DNA of 64,000 nt from a virus: IMG/VR virus record IMGVR_UViG_3300020573_000227, positions 37,684-101,683 of that record. One strand, written 5' to 3'. The position numbers and the translations under genes were made by a program. Of the stretch, positions 7,940-17,151 are shown piece after piece; within the stretch, counting starts at the first letter, position 1, and every line of letters begins with the position of its first letter. The notes beneath the pieces are model-generated. The model was not told the origin of the DNA, made no database searches, and saw nothing but the letters and a program-made list of their open reading frames with translations.

Positions 7940-9377
7940 ATAGTATCATTCTTGAACCGATTAGGAAGTTACTTAACCACGGTGTTCCCGAAGCGGTGTT
8001 CCCACTCAATTTGTAGTTAAAACTAAACCCAAATCTTTTACTCAACTTGTAATCAAACGAACTACCCAATAAAAATCCCATATGTCGATTAACGGTGGAT
8101 GTTCCCGCAACAGTGTTCCAAGATAATGGTGCAAACATTGTAAATAGTTGTGGGGACACCGTTAACTTTTTACTATATTGATATGGTTTAGTCCAAAAAG
8201 CAACAACCGATGATGACATGTTATAATCATAGTTATCTTTTTCATTTTTAAGAAATAGATTTATCAATCCCAAATTATATCCAAATACACCATATTTTGG
8301 TGTTGGTTTAATCCACGTGTAACCCAACAAATTCATGTAATTTCCATTCAAATACGCAAATGCTGTTGAATATGAATGTATAGCCTTTAATTTACCTTCT
8401 GAAAAATCCATTTTAGTGTATCCACCACTGACAATAAATGTTTTTAAGTCACTCATAATAACTGTATTTGCGGAATAACTTTCATCTCCCATCAATGACG
8501 ATTTAGACACCCCAATAGTGGCCGATTGTAACCATCGACCATCTGGAGATTCAATTGTGGATAAATCGGATGACAATAACATTGGGTTAGAAACTACAGC
8601 CTTTTCTTTTTTCTTCTCTTCTTTCTTTTCCTCTTTTTTCTCTTCTTTTTTCTCTTCCGATTTAGAATCCTCTTTCTTTTCTTCTTTAGATTCTGATTTA
8701 GCCTCTTCTTTCTTTTCCTCACTCTTACTTTCAGATTTAGATTCGGATTTAGATTCAGATTTAGATTCTGTTTTAGCTTCGGTCTTTGTTTCTGTTTTTG
8801 TTTCAGAAGATGAAGATGATCCACTACTTGATGACGAACCACTTGATGAAGATGATGAACTTCCACTACTTGCTGGCGGAGGTGTCGATGAACTACTACT
8901 TGTTGGTGGTGGAGTAGTGGGTGGTGGAGTTGATGCCGCTGAACTCGCGGCGGCGGAACTTGCACTTGAACTAGCAGCAGAACTTGCCGATGATGATGCC
9001 GCACTACTTGCCGCACCACTGGCAGCAGAACTAGCGGCAGCAGAAGCGGCCGATGCCGCCGCATTACTTGCGGTTTGTGCCGCCGCGTTTGCTACCGTTT
9101 GTTGAACAATTGGATTATTAATTACAGGACAAGTCAATGCCTCATATGTTGCTTTAGTTGTAAATAACCAAGTCTGAACAATTCCCGTTTGTACTTCCAT
9201 AGGGGTAAATGTTCTTACTTGATTGTAAAAAGACACGGTAGCATTACCATTTATAATGGTTGTTGTTGCTATCTTTTTTTCACCACTACATTTATCAATA
9301 AATGTTTGTGTGTATGTTTGTCCAAAAGATTTACCACAAAAAAACAATATTAGGAGAGAGATAATATATTTTTTCAT
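7938..9377 (-). CDS. Exported protein with Ala/Ser/Pro and Lys/Glu low-complexity linker and probable C-terminal beta-barrel
   Basis: Signal peptide; amphipathic beta-strand pattern in the last ~210 aa. Confidence 0.65.
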   Translation of the reverse strand: MKKYIISLLILFFCGKSFGQTYTQTFIDKCSGEKKIATTTIINGNATVSFYNQVRTFTPMEVQTGIVQTWLFTTKATYEALTCPVINNPIVQQTVANAAAQTASNAAASAASAAASSAASGAASSAASSSASSAASSSASSAAASSAASTPPPTTPPPTSSSSSTPPPASSGSSSSSSSGSSSSSGSSSSSETKTETKTEAKTESKSESKSESKSESKSEEKKEEAKSESKEEKKEDSKSEEKKEEKKEEKKEEKKKEKAVVSNPMLLSSDLSTIESPDGRWLQSATIGVSKSSLMGDESYSANTVIMSDLKTFIVSGGYTKMDFSEGKLKAIHSYSTAFAYLNGNYMNLLGYTWIKPTPKYGVFGYNLGLINLFLKNEKDNYDYNMSSSVVAFWTKPYQYSKKLTVSPQLFTMFAPLSWNTVAGTSTVNRHMGFLLGSSFDYKLSKRFGFSFNYKLSGNTASGTPWLSNFLIGSRMIL

Positions 9378-9378
9378 T

Positions 9379-10212
9379 TTAAAAATTGATACCTAAACCA
9401 AAGGTACCGTTACGAATTACCGGGTCATAGTCATACTTTATTGTTATATTTTTGAAATCGTGTAATATTCCAACTTTAACAGTTGCGAATCTATCTTTAT
9501 ATTTTGGGAAAGTAATATATCCAATATCATCTTTACCTCTCCACTTCACATCTTCCGTCACACTACCAATCATAAGGTGAATACCCGTTCTTTTAATCCT
9601 CTTACCAACACCAACATAGAAATTTCTTTGTTCTATCAAATCACTTACCATTGGAAAATCGACTTGTGTTATATTACCATAAGGAAAGAATGTTGAATTA
9701 TCTCTTTCAAATGTTGAGTTATACTCAGCAATAAAATATGCTTTAGTCCCTATTGTAAAAAATCCACCAATCTGATTACCACCTGTTTTCTGAATACCAA
9801 AGCTGACGATTGGTCTCTTACCTTTAATGGTGTCCAATTTTCCATTATCATAAACATACACTCTTGCAGGTTGTCTATAACCCCAATCGTTTAAGTAAAA
9901 GCCTGGGTTCCAAAAGTTCCAACCAAATGCAGGTGCCCCCCACATATCCCATCTATTCCATCCCCATCCAAAATTATTCATTAACCATGGGTCTCTAACA
10001 ATTATATTTGAACCCGGTCTTGTTCTTATAGGTCTATCATACCCTCTTGATGGTGGTTGACTCCTCCAATTACTAACATCGTTTCTTTGTGGGGTTGATG
10101 GTTGTATTGATGGTGTGGACCTTTGAGGTGTTGGAGGGTTATTTCTCCATGATGACACTTGTCCTAACACAATAGTTGGGGTGAGTAATAATAATATTAA
10201 TAACGTTTTCAT
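9379..10212 (-). CDS. Probable outer-membrane beta-barrel protein with Pro/Arg/Trp-rich N-terminus
   Basis: Signal peptide; ends GTFGLGINF (BAM-type terminal Phe). Confidence 0.65.
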   Translation of the reverse strand: MKTLLILLLLTPTIVLGQVSSWRNNPPTPQRSTPSIQPSTPQRNDVSNWRSQPPSRGYDRPIRTRPGSNIIVRDPWLMNNFGWGWNRWDMWGAPAFGWNFWNPGFYLNDWGYRQPARVYVYDNGKLDTIKGKRPIVSFGIQKTGGNQIGGFFTIGTKAYFIAEYNSTFERDNSTFFPYGNITQVDFPMVSDLIEQRNFYVGVGKRIKRTGIHLMIGSVTEDVKWRGKDDIGYITFPKYKDRFATVKVGILHDFKNITIKYDYDPVIRNGTFGLGINF

Positions 10213-10237
10213 ATGATTATTCTTTTATTATAAATAT

Positions 10238-10266
10238 AAAAAAAGGAGGTTATTACACCTCCTTTT
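10238..10266 (-). terminator. Intrinsic terminator
   Basis: AAAAGGAGGT/ACCTCCTTTT hairpin with T-run. Confidence 0.65.
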
Positions 10267-10289
10267 AAATAATTCTTAATGTAATTAAA

Positions 10290-11009
10290 CTATTTTGTGA
10301 ATATTCCTTTTTTAATCATTCTATCAAGGATGTTAGCACATGCAATATCTAAAGCCTTTTTAGTTGCTATGGAAATTGTTGATTGATTAAATTTTATTGG
10401 GTCTACAGTTGCATCAGATAAAAGGGTTAACTCTCTTTTTGTGGTTGCCTCACCTAAACCCGATCCTCCAAATACAACACCCGTTTCAGCATCTGTAAAT
10501 CTAACCTGAAGACCTATACGAGTCACCATATTGTCTTGTATACCGTTTTTAAGGTTGATGGTTTCATCTTCCGATACTGAGTAGTCATAACACTCAATCG
10601 TAACAAAATACTTCGCCAAATTGATTTTACCGCGACCGTCTAATTTATTCTCGGAAATACCGGCTTGTGATGCTTGGAATTGTTTTACCATACGATTCTT
10701 AATTTCCGTCTTATCTTCGGTAAATTTGAATCTGTTTAAGTTTTCAAGGTATTCCATTGAAATGTTAGCAACACCAAGTCCCACGCGTTTTTCTTTTAAC
10801 TCAGGATACATTTCATACATCTCGTCAGAAATTCCTGCCTTTAGTATTTGAATTGGGATTTGCGGGCCGTCGTAATCCATGTAGTCACTTATATCTCTTT
10901 TCTTCTCAAAGTCGGCCTTATAGTCTTCCGTTTTAGTTTTACCTATTGTTTGTGCAAATGAGGTTATACTCATGAGTATAATACCTAAAAGTAAAATTAT
11001 TTTTTTCAT
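10290..11009 (-). CDS. CsgG/HfaB-like exported protein
   Basis: Signal peptide; L..LNRFKFTE, AKYFV....YD, IGLQVRFTDAETGVV..GSG.G pattern typical of the CsgG fold. Confidence 0.7.
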   Translation of the reverse strand: MKKIILLLGIILMSITSFAQTIGKTKTEDYKADFEKKRDISDYMDYDGPQIPIQILKAGISDEMYEMYPELKEKRVGLGVANISMEYLENLNRFKFTEDKTEIKNRMVKQFQASQAGISENKLDGRGKINLAKYFVTIECYDYSVSEDETINLKNGIQDNMVTRIGLQVRFTDAETGVVFGGSGLGEATTKRELTLLSDATVDPIKFNQSTISIATKKALDIACANILDRMIKKGIFTK

Positions 11010-11058
11010 ATTTTTTTATTATAAATATTAAAAAGGGGAGTTAAAAACTCCCCTTATA

Positions 11059-11310
11059 TTAACCTTCTAATACTTCCTCTTTCTTTTTGTGAGAGAATTT
11101 ATCCAAAGTGTCAGCACCCATTCCAATTCCCGTGATTAACATAACCGCATTCACCAATTCAGGTGATGGGGCAAAATCCGCGTGAGAGAATGAATTTAAA
11201 ATCATAGTTATACATAGGAATAAAGCTCCTATCATAGCTATTACTGGTTTTACTGATATTGACCCTCTTTCATCTTTGAAAAGTTCAATAACCCATTGTT
11301 TAAAGTTCAT
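11059..11310 (-). CDS. Small two-TM membrane protein (holin-like)
   Basis: ELFKDERGSISVK followed by two hydrophobic helices and a charged tail. Confidence 0.55.
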   Translation of the reverse strand: MNFKQWVIELFKDERGSISVKPVIAMIGALFLCITMILNSFSHADFAPSPELVNAVMLITGIGMGADTLDKFSHKKKEEVLEG

Positions 11311-11339
11311 AGTTTTTTGTTTTTTGTCTTTTGTTTATT

Positions 11340-11969
11340 TTATCCTTCCGAATGCATTTCTGCGTTTTCATCTTTTATTTTACCACATTTTAAGCATTCT
11401 TCAGTTCCGTCTCCGTCTAGGTCACCCCAAACGTGTTCACATTGTCTATGTGCGAAATACATGTCAATTTTACCGTCGCCGTCAAAATCTATACCGTCCA
11501 TTGTACCATCACCATCTTCATCAACTTCAACACCAGTTCTTGGTTGAACGGTTGGTACTTGTTCGAACGTATCGTTTACCTTTTCTATTTTTGAATTTTC
11601 AATAGCGGTTTGAAATGACTCAGGTATAATTGGTGTGTTATTAGGTGGGGTATCTGGTAAATCGGAGGTATTTGACAACGATGTACCATCTTCCTCATCC
11701 ATTTTTTGAACTAACATCTTATCCTTATCCGTATCACTAAACCAATAGTCAATTATTTTACCATAAGAACCGATGAAAGCTCCTAACAATAATAGAAGAA
11801 GTTCTTTCCACTCTCCTTCTATCGCTGATTTATTTAATATAGCGAAGAACATTCCTCCTATAATAAACATAAATCCACCCAATACTAATGCGGTGATGTA
11901 CCATCTTCTGGCCATCATATTACTTAATAAATCTTTAAAACCACTTGGGGGTTGTTTGTTTTCTTCCAT
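11340..11969 (-). CDS. Membrane protein with DxDGDG Ca-binding-like repeats
   Basis: Two TMs, IIDYWF motif, DEDGDG/DFDGDG/DLDGDG, C-terminal CxxC. Confidence 0.6.
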   Translation of the reverse strand: MEENKQPPSGFKDLLSNMMARRWYITALVLGGFMFIIGGMFFAILNKSAIEGEWKELLLLLLGAFIGSYGKIIDYWFSDTDKDKMLVQKMDEEDGTSLSNTSDLPDTPPNNTPIIPESFQTAIENSKIEKVNDTFEQVPTVQPRTGVEVDEDGDGTMDGIDFDGDGKIDMYFAHRQCEHVWGDLDGDGTEECLKCGKIKDENAEMHSEG

Positions 11970-11987
11970 CTTTTTCTTTTTTTTAAT

Positions 11988-12146
11988 TTATGGTCTATTC
12001 CAAGACCATCCCTTTTTTCTACCTCTTATTATTAAATAACTACAACCTCCAATAAAAAATGTTAAAAACATCAATGGAGAATTAAATACAAACATAGCTA
12101 TCATACATAATACGATTACGGCTATAAAACTTAATCCCTGTTCCAT
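11988..12146 (-). CDS. Small membrane protein, 52 aa (not in ORF track)
   Basis: MEQGLSFIAVIVLCMIAMFVF...GWSWNRP* fills the operon gap. Confidence 0.6.
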   Translation of the reverse strand: MEQGLSFIAVIVLCMIAMFVFNSPLMFLTFFIGGCSYLIIRGRKKGWSWNRP

Positions 12147-12152
12147 TTTAAA

Positions 12153-12464
12153 TTACCACTTAGGTGCCTCTTCCTTAAACTCGTCACCTTCTTTCTTTTT
12201 TACAGGAGCTGGTTTTTCTTTAACTGTTTCTTTTTCTTTAATAATTACAGTCTTACCACCACCCGCCGATTGTTGTTGAGTTTGTGAATTTGTAATGTTA
12301 ATTACTGGTGCCGCTTGTACTGGTGCCGGTTCTGCCTTATCACCACCACCTAAAAGTGTTGATAACCATACTCCCGCCGCGGTCACTAATGTTCCTGCAA
12401 CCCCAATTATTGTCTTTTTTAAACCCGACCAAGTTCCTTCTGATTGTTCTACTTCTTCTGACAT
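12153..12464 (-). CDS. Single-TM hypothetical protein
   Basis: One TM then Gln/Pro/Lys-rich tail. Confidence 0.65.
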   Translation of the reverse strand: MSEEVEQSEGTWSGLKKTIIGVAGTLVTAAGVWLSTLLGGGDKAEPAPVQAAPVINITNSQTQQQSAGGGKTVIIKEKETVKEKPAPVKKKEGDEFKEEAPKW

Positions 12465-12502
12465 TGTATTTGTTTTTAGTTTTTTAGTTTATTTTATTAA
12501 TA

Positions 12503-13222
12503 TTACGCACCCAATGCTTTACTGAATCCATTAGGACAAGTTCTAGTACATATCAAATCTGCTATAATAGGTGCTACTGCAGTTCCGATTGCAATACCAA
12601 CTCCAGCAGGGGTAGCCCATAATGCCGCCGAATCTAAACTATGATAGATACAATTTGAACATACGTTTCTTAATAATTCTGAATCAATATTTTCACCAAC
12701 ACCAGGTATTGATAAAAATCCATCTGCCACTATTACACCCATTGCCGTTGATACCGCCATTTTAGCTGCCGTATCTGCAATGTAAAGAACAGGCGTAGCC
12801 ATCAACGATAATGTAGTTGAAGTTGCCGCTCCAGCAGGTTGTGCTGGTGTAAATGCCGCAACAACACCGGCAGAGATTAGTGCGGTTATTGCTATATTAC
12901 AAGCGTTTTCGTCCGCCCAGTTATATGCCATCACAGCACCATCTTTTACCACTTCATATCCCTCTTTAACACCAGATTCTATTTGATTTCCAACATTAAT
13001 AAGTACCGGCATAACTTCTTCTTCCCATTCTCTACCTACCACATCTTCAACTCTATGATTTATTTCAGGATGGTCGTGAATGTATCTTATTGCTTTATTG
13101 GTTAATCCCCACGTATCACACGCCGAACAAGGTCCATCTCCTCCGAATCCATACCATCTTACATAGTTATCACCACAATCCGAGCGATGATAAACAACTC
13201 CGTCTCCGTTTCTGTCTGCCAT
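12503..13222 (-). CDS. Hypothetical Cys-containing protein with Ala/Gly-rich hydrophobic helices
   Basis: ORF in operon; no signal peptide. Confidence 0.6.
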   Translation of the reverse strand: MADRNGDGVVYHRSDCGDNYVRWYGFGGDGPCSACDTWGLTNKAIRYIHDHPEINHRVEDVVGREWEEEVMPVLINVGNQIESGVKEGYEVVKDGAVMAYNWADENACNIAITALISAGVVAAFTPAQPAGAATSTTLSLMATPVLYIADTAAKMAVSTAMGVIVADGFLSIPGVGENIDSELLRNVCSNCIYHSLDSAALWATPAGVGIAIGTAVAPIIADLICTRTCPNGFSKALGA

Positions 13223-13242
13223 AATTTTTATTTTTTAATTTT

Positions 13243-13614
13243 TTAGTTTATTTTATTGAAATCTGTTATTCCTAATTGTTTATTGTTAGAATCGAATAAC
13301 CCTATTCTATATGCTGATGATGGTAACGCGTTAGTGTATACCTTTAAAAGATTATCACCCGCAACTACATTCATCGTTTCTTTAGATACTACTCTGTTTG
13401 AAATGTCGAATATTTTAACCGTCACTGAACCCGCAGTTTCGGTTTTAACATTCATTGCCACCTCAGAGGTTACAAAAACAGTTTGTAATTTAATACCGAC
13501 TGAATTTGTCATTTTAAGATCTTCCGATATCGATTGAGGGGCGGGTAAAATATCGTCCTTATAACATCCTGTTAAAATTGTGGATACCAATACTAATAAG
13601 AGAATCTTTTTCAT
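13243..13614 (-). CDS. Lipoprotein with T9SS-CTD/FlgD-like Ig domain
   Basis: LTGC lipobox; VKIFDISNRVV...GDN....TNALPSSAY. Confidence 0.6.
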   Translation of the reverse strand: MKKILLLVLVSTILTGCYKDDILPAPQSISEDLKMTNSVGIKLQTVFVTSEVAMNVKTETAGSVTVKIFDISNRVVSKETMNVVAGDNLLKVYTNALPSSAYRIGLFDSNNKQLGITDFNKIN

Positions 13615-13626
13615 TTTTGTCATTTT

Positions 13627-13968
13627 TTAATTTACTATTATTGTTGTCTTTTTTAATTCTTTTTTATTCACATCCTCAAGTACTAAATATAAATATCCCT
13701 TGGGTAGTGAATTGGTATAAATCTTTTTTTCATTTTCACCTATTTGACCAATAAACTTTTCTCGACTTATTACTTGTCCACTATTTTTATCGATTAAAAT
13801 TAAATAATGTACAGTATTAGAGGTTAAATCAAAAAAAATTGATTGACCATTTGTTACACTACTTTCACCCACATTGAATATTTTTTCAACAGGAGGAGTT
13901 GGAGTTGGGATATCCATCTTAGTACAACCCCATAGTAAAATCACAAATATGAATAGTATTTTTTTCAT
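13627..13968 (-). CDS. Lipoprotein with T9SS-CTD-like Ig domain (paralog of previous)
   Basis: LWGC lipobox; IDKNSGQVI...GEN...YTNSLPKGY...KKTTIIVN. Confidence 0.6.
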   Translation of the reverse strand: MKKILFIFVILLWGCTKMDIPTPTPPVEKIFNVGESSVTNGQSIFFDLTSNTVHYLILIDKNSGQVISREKFIGQIGENEKKIYTNSLPKGYLYLVLEDVNKKELKKTTIIVN

Positions 13969-13971
13969 ATG

Positions 13972-14865
13972 TTAAAATTGAAAGTTTGTTCCTATCATAA
14001 ACATTATTGGATTACTCTTTTTATACCCAACCGATTCACTCAATTTGTCAAAAGTTGTGTTATATCTAATATTAGTATTCAAAATGAACCTTTTAGTTAT
14101 TTTCCAATCAATAGATGTTCCATAATATAAGTCCAAATTGAAATCGTCTATATATGCTAAATCCGATTCAGTACCATCTTTAAATACTTTATATACATCA
14201 CTCATTGCAAATATTTGTGGTGATATGTTTACTCTTTTTGTTTTAAATGTATATGTGTACATCACCATACCTCTATAACTTATTTCACTTGATGCTGGTA
14301 TCATTGGGTATATTAAATCTTTAAAATCACCATTTTCATCTACCGTATATTTTCCTTCCCACTCACCCTGATAAGTCCCCCAAAATGATTTTGACGCAAT
14401 TACACTATAACCAAATGTTCCCCATTTTTTAGTTCTGAATACATCAATGAATGATAGGGTAATATCTTTTTGAAAATCAAAATCGGTTGAGTAAAATGAT
14501 TGTAATGTTGTTGTTCTCTTTTCGGTATTTTTACTAAGTCCATAACCCACACCATAGTAGTTCCATATAGGATTTATTGATGCTGCGAATGTATGTCCCC
14601 ATTGGCCATTCATAGATGATTTATTATAACCCAAATTGAGAGTAGTAGATACTTGCTTTCCAATTATACCCACTGAAAGGTTTGACGATGATAGAACATC
14701 TTTTGAAAAATTAACATAGGATTGTAATATACCCACATCGTTCCAATCATCACTTTCCCCAAATAATTCTTTTGGTGATAGTTGTAATGTATCGGGTTTT
14801 TGTATTTGTGCGTTTGTAACAAATGTTGTCGAAATTAGTGACAGAATTATTATTAGTTTTTTCAT
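13972..14865 (-). CDS. Probable outer-membrane beta-barrel protein
   Basis: Signal peptide; alternating beta-strand pattern; ends IGTNFQF. Confidence 0.7.
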   Translation of the reverse strand: MKKLIIILSLISTTFVTNAQIQKPDTLQLSPKELFGESDDWNDVGILQSYVNFSKDVLSSSNLSVGIIGKQVSTTLNLGYNKSSMNGQWGHTFAASINPIWNYYGVGYGLSKNTEKRTTTLQSFYSTDFDFQKDITLSFIDVFRTKKWGTFGYSVIASKSFWGTYQGEWEGKYTVDENGDFKDLIYPMIPASSEISYRGMVMYTYTFKTKRVNISPQIFAMSDVYKVFKDGTESDLAYIDDFNLDLYYGTSIDWKITKRFILNTNIRYNTTFDKLSESVGYKKSNPIMFMIGTNFQF

Positions 14866-17150
14866 TAGTTCATTTTTACTTTTAATTGTGTTCCATTCTT
14901 ATTGACGGCATCAGTTGTTGATATTGAAGTTAAACCCAAAGTACCACTCAATCCTATTAATGGTAAAAATGTTATTTTATATTCTGTTGTTTTATCCAAT
15001 GATGTTGAACCATCAGTAATCAATGAACCTAATGTTATTGATGAACCTCTATTAGTTCCAAAATTGGTAGGAGTTCCCTTTGTGGTGAATTCTACCTTTT
15101 CAAACTTTAATGCTGTGTTATCATAGTTTAAGTTAAATTGAGTACCAACTACCTCTTGTTGTAAAGGGTCTACCGAAATCGTTACTACTAATTTACCTTC
15201 AACATTTTCACCTATTAGGTACGCATTGATTTGATTAGGGATTGAATTGGTACTCAAACTCATAGTTCTAATAGAATTACCAGCAACGCCGGTCGCACTT
15301 TGTTGTGCGGAATGAGATAGGTTTACATCACCCAACCACGTTACACTTATATTGTATGTGTTATTTAAACTACCTAATGTAAATGGAATTAAGTTACGAG
15401 TTGAATTGAATTTAGTTGCCCAATTTGATGTTGTTACCCCATCATAATCTGATTTGTTATACAACTTCATTAAATAAGTTAATGCGGTAGATTGTGAAAG
15501 TGATTGAACACCTGTAAGATGTTGTAATAGTCTGTAGGTATCTGCTTCATTGAATATACCATTACCATCCACATCTGCATTTAAATACTGAATACCATTT
15601 GTAAATTCTAATCCACTTTGGTTTCCAAATAATCCACCATTTGATAATTCTTTAAATGCAATGAATACATCCGATACAGTTACAATACTATTATATAAAC
15701 TATTTAACTCCGTTTGATTTGAATGTGTCAATTCCATTCCATGTGGTTTGTATGATAATACCGGTGAGAAACTAAATTCAGCTCTCGTTCCATACCAGCC
15801 ATCTTGTAATCTTAATTGAGCTTGAAATGTAGATGAAGTTATTTTGGTTGTCAAATTACCAGGCATTATATAGGTTTTCCAAAAACCACTTACACTATGA
15901 ACACTAACTGGTCCATCGTATATATCAAATAATTTAATTGATGTTACATTGTTTGGGGATACTCCTGTTCCATCAAATTCTCTTTCATCTATTAATAATT
16001 GATGTCCACCTAAATTGGCATCATATGGATTTATTATTGCCCATTCAACTTGTCCGGCAGATGTTGTTGCTCTAATCCCACCACCTGAAACCTTTGCAGT
16101 ATCCAACAAACTTGTCAAATCAACTTTACCTAAACCACTTAATTGTCTAGCAGTTCCGTTTACTATATTCCAATTGTTATTTGTATATGTGTACCCTTTT
16201 GCTGTGAATTTAGTTTCATCCACATTAGTTCCGAAATCAACATTAAATGAAGCTCTCAATACTTCTCCGTTTGAGTGAGTCACACTGTTAGTATAAAATT
16301 CAGTAAAGGTTGCATCATCGGGGTTAGTCCACGTTCCAAATTCAACTACATAAGCACAACTAAAATGATTAGGTAAATCGTTCCATTGAGAACCTCCTCC
16401 CCATTTAGTTACCGCATAATCTTCGTTACCACTATTGTTTGGTTCTCCCGGTGCCCAGTTATTATATTGACCAGGAATGTTTCCGTTTAGTTGTCCGTTA
16501 TTTATTTTAATTAAAGTTCCCTTTTCAGGTCCGGCATCTATTGTCCATCTAGCTTCCTCTACTTCATCCGTCAATGCAAACCAAATACTAGATTGTGGAA
16601 CATTAGCAAATATAAAAGCATCCTCCGAAGCGGATGTTATTGTTACTAAATATCCTTGCTGGCCTTTGAATGTTTGTTGAGATGATAATGTTCTTGCGTT
16701 CGTATAGGTTGCTCCCGTTGCTATTGGTCTATAAAAGTGTCCATTGACACCATTGTAAAAATAACCAACAGGGTTTACAGTTGCGGCTACCGATAATTGA
16801 ACATTACCAATTACCGAACCCGTATTTATTTTTAGGGATGCTAATGCAGTATTAATATCTGCCATCGTTCCATTTACCACCAAACGAGTTTTATTACCTG
16901 TTAAAGTAAATCCACTTGCGGCGGTTAAACCTGTTGTTGTGGTTAGATAAAATGTGGTATTTGTCGATGGATTTATTAAACTGATTGATGCTAACAAAGT
17001 CGATGTTGTACTAAATCCACTTAATTGGAATCCACTTCCATCTTGTGCAGTTGTGGACGGTATAAACGATTTAGAGTCCGGAGCAGATACACTCTGTCCG
17101 AACCCTAAAAATGAAATTAGTAAAAAACATATTACTAATAGTTTCTTCAT
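14865..17150 (-). CDS. Exported adhesin-like protein: C-type lectin + dockerin-like + C-terminal cohesin-like domain
   Basis: NGHFY..YLVTITSASE..YNNWAPGEPNN..WNDL..YVVEF (CTL); ADVDGNGIFNEADTYRLLQHLTG (dockerin); VVGTQFNLNYDNTALKF (cohesin). Confidence 0.75.
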   Translation of the reverse strand: MKKLLVICFLLISFLGFGQSVSAPDSKSFIPSTTAQDGSGFQLSGFSTTSTLLASISLINPSTNTTFYLTTTTGLTAASGFTLTGNKTRLVVNGTMADINTALASLKINTGSVIGNVQLSVAATVNPVGYFYNGVNGHFYRPIATGATYTNARTLSSQQTFKGQQGYLVTITSASEDAFIFANVPQSSIWFALTDEVEEARWTIDAGPEKGTLIKINNGQLNGNIPGQYNNWAPGEPNNSGNEDYAVTKWGGGSQWNDLPNHFSCAYVVEFGTWTNPDDATFTEFYTNSVTHSNGEVLRASFNVDFGTNVDETKFTAKGYTYTNNNWNIVNGTARQLSGLGKVDLTSLLDTAKVSGGGIRATTSAGQVEWAIINPYDANLGGHQLLIDEREFDGTGVSPNNVTSIKLFDIYDGPVSVHSVSGFWKTYIMPGNLTTKITSSTFQAQLRLQDGWYGTRAEFSFSPVLSYKPHGMELTHSNQTELNSLYNSIVTVSDVFIAFKELSNGGLFGNQSGLEFTNGIQYLNADVDGNGIFNEADTYRLLQHLTGVQSLSQSTALTYLMKLYNKSDYDGVTTSNWATKFNSTRNLIPFTLGSLNNTYNISVTWLGDVNLSHSAQQSATGVAGNSIRTMSLSTNSIPNQINAYLIGENVEGKLVVTISVDPLQQEVVGTQFNLNYDNTALKFEKVEFTTKGTPTNFGTNRGSSITLGSLITDGSTSLDKTTEYKITFLPLIGLSGTLGLTSISTTDAVNKNGTQLKVKMN

Positions 17151-17151
17151 A

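Noticed and set aside
8518-9105. Long ORFs 8518-9105(+) and 8594-9064(-)
   Set aside because: Shadow frames of the low-complexity linker in 7938-9377
10241-10266. Another AAAGGAGGTGT SD-like sequence
   Set aside because: Fully paired in a terminator stem. Noted as a caveat that GGAGG occurs in stems by chance, but RNA B's copy is longer and outside its terminator hairpin
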